Shown piece after piece: positions 24,306-36,046 of a stretch of 64,000 bases of DNA. The stretch's first letter is position 1, and each line of letters opens with the position of its first letter. The notes beneath the pieces are model-generated. The model was not told the DNA's origin and did not search any database. It was given only the letters and a program-made list of their open reading frames with translations. The position numbers and the translations under genes are program-made. Source of the DNA: Mobula hypostoma (Eukaryota); contig NC_086109.1 of NCBI RefSeq assembly GCF_963921235.1, positions 27,158,001-27,222,000 of the forward strand, given 5' to 3'.

Positions 24306-26429
24306 AGGATCAGTTGTGAGAACTTTGCTGAATCTAACTGCCTGTTGTAGGAAAGCCATGATGAGATTAATCAATACTGTAAACCTTATGCTCTAGAGAG
24401 ACTTCATAAAGGAAGCTCTCTGTAAATGAATAATGCCTTTCAGGGAAATATTCTACTCAGCATTTTTTCAAGGTACAATAGACAAGCAATACCTTGCATT
24501 GACATTTCTTTCATTGTGACACTTCTCATTAAAAGTTTTGATGTTATTCATAGTACAAGGTAAAAACTTGTTACTTATGTATTGTTAAAGATTGGAAAAT
24601 TGAAATTATTTTTGTTGTATGTTAAGTGTTGAGTTATATTAAGCAGGTCAGACATTGTTATTAAGATTCAAGATTGTTTTTTGTCATCCTTCAGTGTACA
24701 AATGTAAAGGAAAATGAAATGATTGTCACTCTGGATCCAATGCAGCATAAAAAACATAATAAGCATTAAGAACTTAATAAAAACACAACAAATATAAATA
24801 TAAAATCAGTTCTACAAAATACAATGTACCAATACAAAATACAAGTAACTGTTATATACATAGACTGATTGTATGTACATGAAGTGACAATAGGTGATGT
24901 GTAGTGATGGTGTGCGGTGTCTCTCCACAGCAAGTCATTCTAGAGCATAGAGTATCTAATTTAGGAAATAATATGGAAAATAGCTTATCTTTGATACTTC
25001 AAAAACCAGGACATAAAGAGCACTAGAGATGAAATTATTATCATTCATATCCTGCAAAAAGTCATATTACGAATTGATTCAAAGTTGAAAACCAAAATTG
25101 TGTAGCCATCACTGCTGCTCATGAGCCTGTGGAATTTTATGGAAAATATTATGTAGAGGCCTGACAGTGAGATGCAAAGAAGATCCAAAATTACACGAGG
25201 AACCAAGCAGAATTCATGCAAATAATATGAAATGTGATTATAAATCTCTACTACCTCAACAGCAGCCATGGTAGTGTAATAATACTACTATATTTCTCAT
25301 ATTGTGCTTTGAAGCAAGTCTACATACAAAACATTTGTCATAATCCAATCATTGATTGTCTCTATTATAGTATGATATAGTTTTAATGTAAAAAATGAGG
25401 ACCAGAATGGAGAGCTGGAATTAATGTACTTGGTTTAGAACTCATCATTAAAATAAAGTTGCTGATTTAGGAAAAAAAGACTTGACTATGATCAATCGGG
25501 AACAAAATGAAAAGTTAAATACTTTGGGGCAGAACTGAGAAGCTTGGCAAGGAGTGTAAAATGGATAGCTGCCAGCTTTGCATTAGTCCCAGTTTTCCTG
25601 GAAAATCAGCAGGTGGCCAATTCAGAATAGTTTTTTCATATCTCTCCTCCTCACTAGGGAAGTTGAAAGCTCTGCCCTTTGTGGAAAAGACTGCTTTTCT
25701 GTTCTTTCTAATTATCATCTTCATTCTCACATCTACCACATTTTATGGACTGGCTCCACTCAGATCACAGGATTCACAGTAAGCCGTACATAACAGCTTT
25801 AAAATTGAACTGATTTGGTCTAAAGGAGCTTCCAAACAAATCACGCAATCTGCAAAACAAAAGCAACAGTAGATGCGGCAAACAATGATGCATGACAAGT
25901 TCCCATTGATTTTCCAAACAATTGGCTAAAAGAGCTTTAGCATTATATAAACCAGTTAGATTGTAGAAAGAATCAATTCGTAAACTTCAAAAGACAAAAC
26001 AGACAATTTTCAAACAGTACCTATGTCATTAAAATACTCAGTAAGTAAACCACTTGCAAATCCTCAATTTTTTTCTGCATTTTTTTACTCACTGTATTTC
26101 ACATCCATTAGTTGGCTTCACTCCTTGAGTGGATTTATAAACCTTCATTTCTGAAAATCCAGTACAAGTCTTTACAACCAATTCAGAGTGCCTGGCAACT
26201 TTCTTTATTAGTCGGTCTTCCTCAATGACTATAGAAAGGGTCCTTTATTTTGGTTAACCTCAGTCATTCAACACTTACTGCATTTGTAGAACAAATCATA
26301 CAATTGAGTACATGAAACATCGCAAGAGGTTCTCTTTTCGTGGCATCTGACTACAGCAGAAGAGTAGCCAACATATTAAACATCACAAGCCACTCTTGGC
26401 AAGTCTAAATATCCTGGAAATGGGGTCTG

Positions 26430-26618
26430 TCAGATCTGTGTATGAAGACCAAGGCCAGTAGGTGTGTATGGAGGTGGTGCAGGATTGGGCTTGATGCCTC
26501 GAGTTTTCATGTAGGAAATAAATTGGTCTGGGATCTCAGCTAGAACGTCCTTAGCCAGTCGTGCCATGCTAAGCACATGATTTCCTGTGCGGTCAATGTA
26601 ATCTCGAAACGGCACAAA
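26430..26618 (-). CDS. CPNE5: Copine (CPNE5/CPNE8 clade) last coding exon
   Basis: [64 protein letters not shown] acceptor at 26620-26619 after a pyrimidine tract; TGA at 26432-26430. The paralogue call (5 vs 8) is not certain. Confidence 0.9.
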   Translation of the reverse strand, partial: FVPFRDYIDRTGNHVLSMARLAKDVLAEIPDQFISYMKTRGIKPNPAPPPYTPTGLGLHTQI

Positions 26619-28524
26619 CTGAAAGAAAAAAATATTATTAACACAGTCTTTTGGGGAAGAAACATTAGTTCCAATTAAACAAAATTATTTTCAGCAGGTC
26701 GTGCAGACAATAACGAAAAGACAAACTATGTGAATAATGCAAAATGGCACAAGTTTAAGAGTTTGAATCATATCAGCACTGCTTTGAATTAAATTGATGG
26801 TTCATACAGCATTATTATTTGATATAACTTTCAACTTTGCCCACATCACATCATACCAAAGCACCAGAATACATCTAGATTTTTTTTCTCTGGATCATCC
26901 AATAGATTTCTTGGATTAGATCACTATTTTCCCATTGCATTATTTCAAGTTTATCCTCGGGGTGTTTTTTTATTAAGTTTGTCAGGTGGCCTATCACCAC
27001 CACTCCCCCTTCCACCCCACGCACACCCATTGCAAAGTCCATCTGAGTTTTATTTGCTCATATTGACTTTATTGGGAAGAACAGCGGATGGTTCCTCAGT
27101 TGGTAGGCCATCTGTTCTGCCAAGGCAGTGAAGTTGAAAGAGGCAAGCATTACTTGGGCTACATATTACTAAATAATACACTAGGTACACATGAGATGAC
27201 ATTAAAGTTACAGAGCTTACAGCGAGGGGAAATTGTAACACTCTCAGATTCGAAACCATTTTTTAAAATGATTATAGCATGGGCCACATTGCACATTACC
27301 ATACTGGGAAACTGTTCTGTAACTGAGCAATTATTTAACCATACTAATTCCCAGGGTTGATCCAAGACAGTATAAGCAAAGGCATACCCCATCCAATAAC
27401 ATGAAAGTATATGCACTCTTATCTTCTTCCCAAGTCCTATAATATTAAAGACACTTTATGCATGCCATTCCACATTTAAATTCCTTCACAGATCCTATTC
27501 TGTCCTGCCTGATATTTCACCATGGCTTAGCCAAGTTGCAAAGGATATTTTTCTGATTGCTTTATTCTACGTAATAGGATAAAGGGCCTCCATCTGTGCT
27601 GTAAATCTCTGCTATGCTTTCAACTGTGGTTCTTTCCTTTGAAATATTTGTATTCTGTTTAAATGCCATTTAAATCTTGTTTCAGGTCTTGTGTATTTTA
27701 TCCACTTCAATATAAGGAAAAGCGCTACAGTGCTTTATAAAACCAGAAATTCAGATGCATCTGACCAGAATCTGTGCAAACAAGCCAGTAACTTGTGGTG
27801 CGAGGAGAAGTCCCAAGAACTGCCAATCACCACAAACTGCTGGGTAATTATAATTTCTGTCAATCGCTGCTTCTGAGAACAGCACTCACTTTTAGCCTGC
27901 CTGAGAGTTTTATGAAGTTGTTGCACGTTCTCAGTAATTTCCCCCAGCCTTGCAAGTAACCTTTAATAATGCAATAATTGTTAATGACTGCCAATCAAGC
28001 TTAGTGCCGAAAATGAATAATTAAAATTCTGATGACTCATTTCTTGAATTTAATATAGATTTTTTAAATTGTAATTTTGGAATTATAAGATTTTCTTTCT
28101 TTATCTTTTCATTGTTTTTCTTTACTTAAGTCCATTACTTTTTCTCTCATTAACCTTCTTCCTGTGCCTGATCAAATTTTAAATTTGCTCTCATACTCGG
28201 CCCTCTTTTTTGCCGTTTCTCAATTTTTAAATCTAATAGTGAAGGGGATAACCTGCTGTTCTTGTTGTGCGTCTTGCCCTCTGATAGACTGTTGTCAGCT
28301 CTTACAGGGAATAAAAATTTTGAGCTTACAGGGTACTGGAATATTCTAGAACATACCAAAAAAGTCTTCAGCAAATTTCAGCCTCAACATGGCATGCAAA
28401 GGCTATGATACCAGATGGATTTTTAAACTATCTTTTTTAATATACATCTAACTCTGCTGATCTTAAGTATTTTTCAAAATTTGAATTTTGAAGAACACGT
28501 TACTTAAGAACATTACAAATTTTA

Positions 28525-28792
28525 CAGATACTGGAAATCCAGAGCAACACACCTAACATGCTGGTGGAACTTAGCAGGTCAGGCAGCATCCATAGAAATG
28601 AATAAACAGTCAAAGTTTTGAGCTGAGAGCCTACTTCAGGACCCATGGAAATGAATAAACAGTCGACATTTCGGGCCGAGACCCTGCTTTTGGACTTGAA
28701 GAAGGGTGTCAGCCTAAAATGTCGATAGTTTATTTACTTCTGTGGATGCTGTCTGACCTGGTGAGTTGCTCCAGCATTTTGTGTGTGTGGCT
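28525..28792. mobile_element. Penelope-pLTR-derived palindromic element with an internal duplication
   Basis: Inverted arms atgctgg..gaact.agcaggtcaggcagcatcc / ggatgctgtctgacctg..gagtt.ctccagcat; the unit aaatgaataaacagtc...gaga is duplicated. Confidence 0.8.
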
Positions 28793-29186
28793 TATGTTAT
28801 TTAAGAATTTAGAGTGAGAGTAGGCCGTTTGGCATTTCCAACATGTCCTGCCATTCATTAAGACTATGACTTATCTTCTAACTCAGTTTTATTTCCCAGC
28901 TGTATGCACATATCACTTTACTTTTTTAATGTTCAGAAAGTTATCAGTTTCCCTTCTGAATTAATGAGTATACCTCCACAGCATATGGGCTTCTAAAACC
29001 ACACCAATGCAATTGCATCAATGCAATTTCAAACTGGCCCCCATTTATGCTGACACTATACACCTGGTTCCATACTGCTCAACCAGGGGAAGCAGCCGCC
29101 CTGACAAGCATCATAAAAATCTTGCAAGCTACAACGAGTTTGCATAAGTCACATACACCATGCTGATTCTTCATCCAAACACATAC

Positions 29187-29260
29187 CTGTACAATATCTC
29201 TCTCTGCGAGTTTCCCCCGTGAAGATATTCTGATATCATCTCCATCCAATTCCACCATAG
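29187..29260 (-). CDS. CPNE5: Copine penultimate coding exon (vWA domain)
   Basis: 74 bp, (A)MVELDGDDIRISSRGKLAERDIVQ; AG at 29262-29261, GT at 29186-29185; phase 1 in, phase 0 out, joining both neighbours in frame. Confidence 0.92.
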
Positions 29261-29834
29261 CTACAAACAATGAATAACAAATTTTGCAGCAAATGTAAGT
29301 TGCAGAAACTATCTGCTGTTGCATAATTCTCTTTTGGCTCACAATATCGTGTTGTTCAGGTGCACTGGCTGTTTTGGCAGCATACTTAATTTTACCTGTT
29401 AGTAAGTGAGTAGAAAATGTTGTGGAGGTTGATTTAACTGAAATTAGGTTTGTTGAAATCACTTTGTGCTATGGACATGAAACGTCTCATGGATCAATCA
29501 ATGGTCAGATTACCAACCAATTGCACTCATCGGTTTAAAACATGGTTATTCTGCTAAATATCCAGCATATTTGGCTTGATCTCCTGATATTTCCAATTTA
29601 CCAAAAATGTCTTTATCTTGAGATGACCTGTGTAACCTGTTGTGTTAGAGGATTGTCCTGGGGCCACAGTGTAACGACAATAAGAACATGCGGGCTGCAA
29701 TCTGTACAAGAGGGTAATTGCTGGTGAGGCACCATGAGGTATAAACAGAGCCTGGGGCCTTTCGGGGCTTTTTGGTGGGTTGCAACCATAACGGACTATT
29801 AGGCACTCAGCAGGGGACAACAAAAAGAAGCACG

Positions 29835-32800
29835 GTGTAAGCAGAACGACCATTGTGGGAGTGGACAGCGTTAGACTGGTCAGGCTTTGGCTCAACAGGC
29901 TGAGGCAAGCACAGGTGGAGGTGCTAAGTTCCTAGTAAGTTTTCTTTTCTGTTAGTATATAGCTAGTGTGGTGAGAATGGGTCCAGAGTTAGAGATAAGT
30001 TCTGTATGTGAGATGTGGGAACTTTGGGAGACTGCTCGTCTCCCTGATACCTACCCCTGTGTGAAGTGCACCGAGCTACAGCTCCTCAGACACCATGTTA
30101 AGGAAATGGAGCAGCAGCTGGATGACCTTTGGCTCGTACGGGAAAATGAGGAGGTGATAGATGGAAGCTACAGAGAGGTACATAGTCACTCCTAAGGTGA
30201 AGGATGAAGATACCGGGTGACTGTCAGGAGAGGGAAAGGGAATAGGCTGCCAGTGCAGAGTACCCCTGTGGCCATTACCCTCAATAATAAGTATACTGCT
30301 AGGCGGAGGCGTGGGGGGTGGTGGTTGTGGTGTGGGAATGGTTCACTGAGGGAAGTCACAGCGGAGCAATTTGTAAGGTGGAGGAAAGATACATCACAAA
30401 GATGAAGAGGTATTCTAAAGGGAGGCTGAGGCAACCATGGCTGACAAAGGAGGTCAAAGACAGCATAAAAGCAAAAGAATGGGCAAATAATATAGCAAAA
30501 ATTAGTGGGAAGGTAGAGAGTGCCTGAAATACCAGAGTGTCAATGGGCAGAAGTGAGTGTCGTTGCTGTTACTAAGGAGAAGGTGCTTGGAAAGCTGAGG
30601 AGTCTGAAGGTAGATAAATCAACTGGACCAGATGAGCTACCCCCAAGGGTTCTGAAAGAAGTAGGTGAAGAGATTGTGAAGCATTAGCAATGATCTTTCA
30701 GGAATCACAAGATTCTGGAATGATTCTGGAGGACTGGAAAATTGCAAATGTCACTCCACTCTTTAAGAAGGGAGGGAGGCAGAAGAAAGAACATTTAGCC
30801 TGACCTCCGTGGTTGGGAAGATGTTAGAGTCCAATATTAAGGATGAGGCTTCAGGGTACTTGGAGGCACATGGTAAAATGTCACTCCGCTATTTAAGAAG
30901 GGGGCAAGGAAGCAAAAAGGAAATTATAGACCTGTTAGCTTGACATCGGTGGTTGGGAAGTTGTTGGAGTCGATTGTCAAGGATGAGGTTACAGAGTACC
31001 TGGAGGCATATGACAAGATAGGCAGAACTCAGCATGGATTCCTTAAAGGAAAGTCCTGCCTGACAAACCTATTACAATTCCTTGAGGAAATTACAAGTAG
31101 GCTAGACAAGGGAGATGCAGTGGATGTTGTATATTTGGATTTTCAAAAGGCCTTTGACAAGGTGCCACACATGAGGCTACTTAACAAGATAAGAGCCCAT
31201 GGAATTACAGGAAAGTTACATACGTGGATAGACCATTGGCTGATTGGCAGGAAACAGAGAGTGGAAATAAAGGAATCCTATTCTGGTTGGCTGCTGGTTA
31301 CCAGTGGTCCTCGTACAGGATACCCTTAAGGTTAACCTCCAGGTTGAGTCGGTGGTGAAGAAGGCGAATGCAATGTTGGCATTTATTTCTAGAGGAATAG
31401 AGTATAGGAGCAGGGATGTGATGTTGAGGCTCTATAAGGCACTGGTGAGACCTCACTTGAAGTACTGTGGGCAGTTTTGGTCTCCTTATTTAAGAAAGGA
31501 TGTGCTGGTGTTGGAGACAGTACAGAGAAGATTCACTAGAATGATTCTGGGAATGAGAGGGTTAACATATGAGGAACATTTGTCCACTCTTGGACTGTAT
31601 TCCTTGGAGTTTTGAAGAATGAGGGGAGACCTCATAGAAACATTTCGAATGTTGAAAGGCATGGACAGAGTGGATGTGGCAAAGTTGTTTTCCATGTTGG
31701 GGGAGTCTAGTACGAGAGGGCATGACTTAAGGATTGAAGGGCGCCCATTCAGAACAGAAATGCGAAGAAATTTTTTGAGTCAGAGGGTGGCGAATCTATG
31801 GAATTTGTTGCCACGGGCAGCAGTGGAGGCCAAGTCATTGGGTGTATTTAAGGCGGAGATTGATGGGTATCTGAGTAGCCAGGGCATCAAAGGTTATGGA
31901 GAGAAGGCAGGGGAGTGGGACTAAATGGGAGAATGGATCAGCTTATGATAAACTGGCGGAGCAGACTCGATGGACCGAATGGCTGACTTCTGCTCCTTTG
32001 TCTTATGGTCTTATGGTCTTAAAATGGGCAAAACCCAGCATGGTTTCCTTAAGAGGAAATTTTGCCTGACAAATCTGTTGGAATTCTTTGAGGAAGTAAC
32101 AGGTAGGACAGACAAAGTAGAGTCAGTGAATGTTATGGATTTTCAGAAGGCCTTTGACAAGGTGCCGCACATGAGGCTACTTAACAAGATAAGATCCCAC
32201 TGTATTACAGGAGAGATACTAACATGTATAGAAGAATGGCTGCCTGGCACGGGGCAAAGAGTGGGAATAAAGGGTTCCCTTTCTGGTTGGCTGCTGGTGA
32301 CTAGTAGTATTCTGCAGGGGTTGGTGTTGGTACCGCTTCTTTTCATGTTATATCTCAATCATTTGGATGAAAGAATTGATGACTTTGTGGCCAAGGTTGC
32401 AGAAGACACAAAGGTCGGTGTAGGGGCAAGTAGTGTTGAGGAAGCAATATGTCTGCAGAAGGACTTAGACAGATTTGGAGAATGGGCAAAGAAGTAGCAG
32501 ATGGAATATAATGTGGTGAAATGCAGGGTTATGCACTTCGGTATAAAGAATAAAGACATAGATTATTTTCTAAATGGGGGAAAAAATCAGAAATCAGACA
32601 TATAAAGGGACTTGGGAGTCCATGTGTAGGATTCCCTAAAGGTTAACTTGCCGGTTGTGTCAGTGGTAAGGAAGGCTAATGCAATATTAGCATTCATTTC
32701 AAGAGAGTGAGAATACCAAAGCAAAGATGTAATATTGAGGCTTTGTAAGGTATTGTTCAGACTGCACTTGTCATATTGTGAGCAGGTTTGGACCTCTTGT

Positions 32801-33312
32801 CCGAGGAAAGGTGTGCTGGCAATTCAGAGGGTCCAGAGGAGATTCACGAGAATGATCCCAGGAATGAAAGAGTTAACATATGAGGAGTGCTTGATGGTTC
32901 TGAGATTATAATCACTGGAGTTTAGAAGAATGAGGAGGTGATCTCATTGAAACCTATCAAATATAGATAGGTGGAGTGATTGTGGATAGAGTTTTCCTTT
33001 AGTGGGTGGGTCTTGGACCAGAGGGAGCAGCCTTAGACTAGAGGGACATCCATTTAGAACAGAGAAGAGCAAACATTTCTTTAGTTAGAGAGTGGTGAAT
33101 CTGTGGCGTTCTTTGCCACAGACAGCTGTGTAGGCCAAGTCATTGAGTCTATTTAATGCGGAGGCTGATAGGTTCTTGATAGGCATCAAGGGTTATGGGG
33201 AGAAGGCAGAAGAATGGGGTTGAGAGGAATAATAAATCATTCATGATGTAATGGCAGAGCAGACTTGATGGACCGAAAGACTTAATCCTGCTCCTATATC
33301 TTATGGTCTTAT
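29835..33312 (+). mobile_element. CR1 with 5' UTR and ORF1 zinc-finger remnant, internally deleted, split by a second CR1
   Basis: ORF1-like CEMWE...CVKCTELQLLRHHVKEMEQQLDDL (29968-30195); RT QHGFLK..CLTNLLEFFEEVT...DFQKAFDKVPH (from 32027); tail tcttatggtcttatg at ~33300. Confidence 0.88.
30881..32019 (+). mobile_element. Younger 5'-truncated CR1 nested in a CR1
   Basis: TSD TAAAATG (30874-30880 and 32020-32026); ORFs 30940-31329, 31304-31615, 31619-31924; (TCTTATGG)n tail. Confidence 0.88.
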
Positions 33313-35012
33313 GTTCCTCCATTTTGCTGATGAGTGCCTTAATCTAACCATGACCTTCAATGGGTCTTGGTTCATGGGATGCATGGAATAATATGGGTGT
33401 TAGATGCAGCAGAGGGAATTTTGGTGTCAGTGGAAGAGGGATGTAAAAGGGCAAGTTAATTTGTAATGTGAAATAAGCCTGATAATAACTAGTTTTGAGT
33501 TTTCTGGTAGGTGATTGAGTTGACTACTGTGCTGACTTTACATGGAATAAGATTAATGTCTAGACTAGGTTTACACAAACTGCAGAGAATATAGGAATGA
33601 GGTGTTTTTACAAGTCAATACAGAACTTTAATATCTTATTAAGTGAGCTTAGGGTGATCATAATTTGTAGAATAAAATTTTGCCTATTACTGAAGATAAA
33701 TTAAAAAAGTAAAACTTTCATGTTCCATGTAAAAAGGGAAGAGAAAAACATATTGGAATTAAAAATGCTGGTTTGCAGCATAGATTTTATCTTTCATCCA
33801 CACACACACCTCTCTAATGAATGAAGGTCATAATTAGTGCAGGATCACACTTTGATGGACATCTGCATGGATTTAGTTACTCTTTATTCTTGAGCCTTCA
33901 GAATTCTCTGCACAGTTTCAGCTCCGCTTTAAGGTTGGAGTCTTTGACTGTTTGCTGAGAAATCATACGAAACCTTGTTACTTTTTATATTACCAGCCTA
34001 AGTGTGAGCACCTGCATTTCATTGTGAGATTGAAGTGGAATTACATGTCAGTGGGCAAATGAAATTACTTCCCTACCACTGCACTAACAGCTTTGCGTTA
34101 TATTTCTCTTTAATCCAAAATTGTATAACTCTTTACAAAAAAAAACACAGGAACAATTGATTAGCTGGTTGGCAGTTCAATGGCATGATTTATGCATTAC
34201 TTTGAGATTTGATGTGAGAACTAATGGAATCTTAGGTCCATGTCCATCTTTTATCATCCAGATCTATATACATTGAATGAATGTTAAAACTGCTTCCCAA
34301 CTGATTGGACTTCGATTACTTCAAGGCATTCAAGAAAGAAGAAAGGAAATAGATTTTCAGGTCATAGAATTGTGAGGTGTGTACCACATAATATAAGCAA
34401 TGTAATGCTATCTCAATTAATGGTGTATTAATTTACGATGCAGATTATGGCGATCTCAGTCAATGGTGAAATTGTCCTAACGATTCCTACTTTAATATAC
34501 AATACTGAGATTAATCACTTTTTGAAATTTGAGGTTTAAAGTAAAAGAAACATACTGATCTATGTAGTTCAGTTCCATGGAAATCATTAAATAGCATGAA
34601 GATTTATTATAAACAATTACCATCTGTGATAATTGCTTAAATGGAATAGTTAGACAAACTGTTAAGGTACATTACTGAGATGCATTTTGTTGCAAAATGT
34701 TATTGAGATTAGATTAAAAGTACAGCACTCAATATTTTTATCAAGGTTTTCACATTATGAAGTAAATATCACATGTGTACTTCAATTGCTAAGAAAAATA
34801 ACTTCATTTAATTAAGAAAAGGAAATGAATGCTCAATAGAATCAGCTAATGTGCGTTTAACAACAATATTCTTCCAAGGCTCCAGAAATTTCATTCATAT
34901 TGTTAATGAGCAAGGTGCTTGATATTAAATTCCGTATAAATTCACACTTCAGCTTTCTCTTTAGTTAAACTTTGTAGATACTTCTTAATAAAAATATGTG
35001 AATTCTACTCAC

Positions 35013-35070
35013 CATCGAATTCTGCCTGTCCAACTCCAACAATTATAATGGACATAGGAAGTTTAGCAGC
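35013..35070 (-). CDS. CPNE5: Copine coding exon (vWA domain)
   Basis: 58 bp, AAKLPMSIIIVGVGQAEFD+G; AG at 35072-35071, GTGAGT donor starting at 35012. Too short for the ORF track. Confidence 0.92.
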
Positions 35071-36046
35071 CTATATAATGAGAAAAATAATACAACAGAT
35101 TGAGGACTTGTCCAATGGAATCAATTTAGGTTTGAAGAATTAACGTGATAGTGTCCTAATGAAGTAAACCTGTTTAACGACCGCCTTTAGTAGAACCTTT
35201 GGAAGTGGTAGCTGAAATAGTGGTAGCAGAAGACAGTTATTTGCAGTGGGTAGATATATAGCAATTTTGGAAAAGACTCGATTTTGAAATTGTGAAAAGT
35301 ACCATGAAAGTCCTAGGACACATTAACCACACTGCAACCCAGAACAGAATAAGTAGATGATTGACACATCCCAATTTAACTACATATAGTACAAGTTTTT
35401 GAATATCTACTGACACTCATGTACTATGTGATGAGATTTCTAGACCCACGAACTACAAATTGTACTTTCCGATGTCCTTCACATGCTGCTGTTTCATGTG
35501 CATCTGTCATCACAGACCTTGCCTTTATTTCAAATCAGCATACATAAAGAGCGCTGCAGAAGTTCATAAAATGTCAGTTTAACTTCAGTGGGAAGGTCCA
35601 GTTGCTGAAATTATATGAGGTAACTGCTTTGATTACAGCAGTATGTATAAACTAAATTGTTGACTGCCAAGAAAAAATTAGACTTTTTCTGTTACCTATT
35701 CATAGACCATGTGTATGGCTGAGCAGTTATAACCAATTTTGAAAGTCTGTCTTAGCTGTTCAAAATATATAATGTTAATTGATTTTGTAAATTAAGCTAT
35801 AATAATTAAGTGCAAGCTAATGTATGCTCTAATAAAACAACAGCATCTGCAGAATTCCTGTTGTTTGCATATAATAAATCTGTCATTTCTTTGTATTGTT
35901 TCAGACTTCAGAGTCAGACATTCAGAAGACAGGCACCCTAGTTTTATTTTTGAGAGCTAGCCTTCCTCCTAATTTACTTGAGAGTAACAACATATGATTG
36001 GACAGGGTAGTGATGCAGTGGTTATGTTAATAGGCTAGTAACATAT

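Noticed and set aside
29079..29462. 127-aa ORF as a standalone gene
   Set aside because: Only the 74-bp copine exon is coding; the rest is intron read-through.
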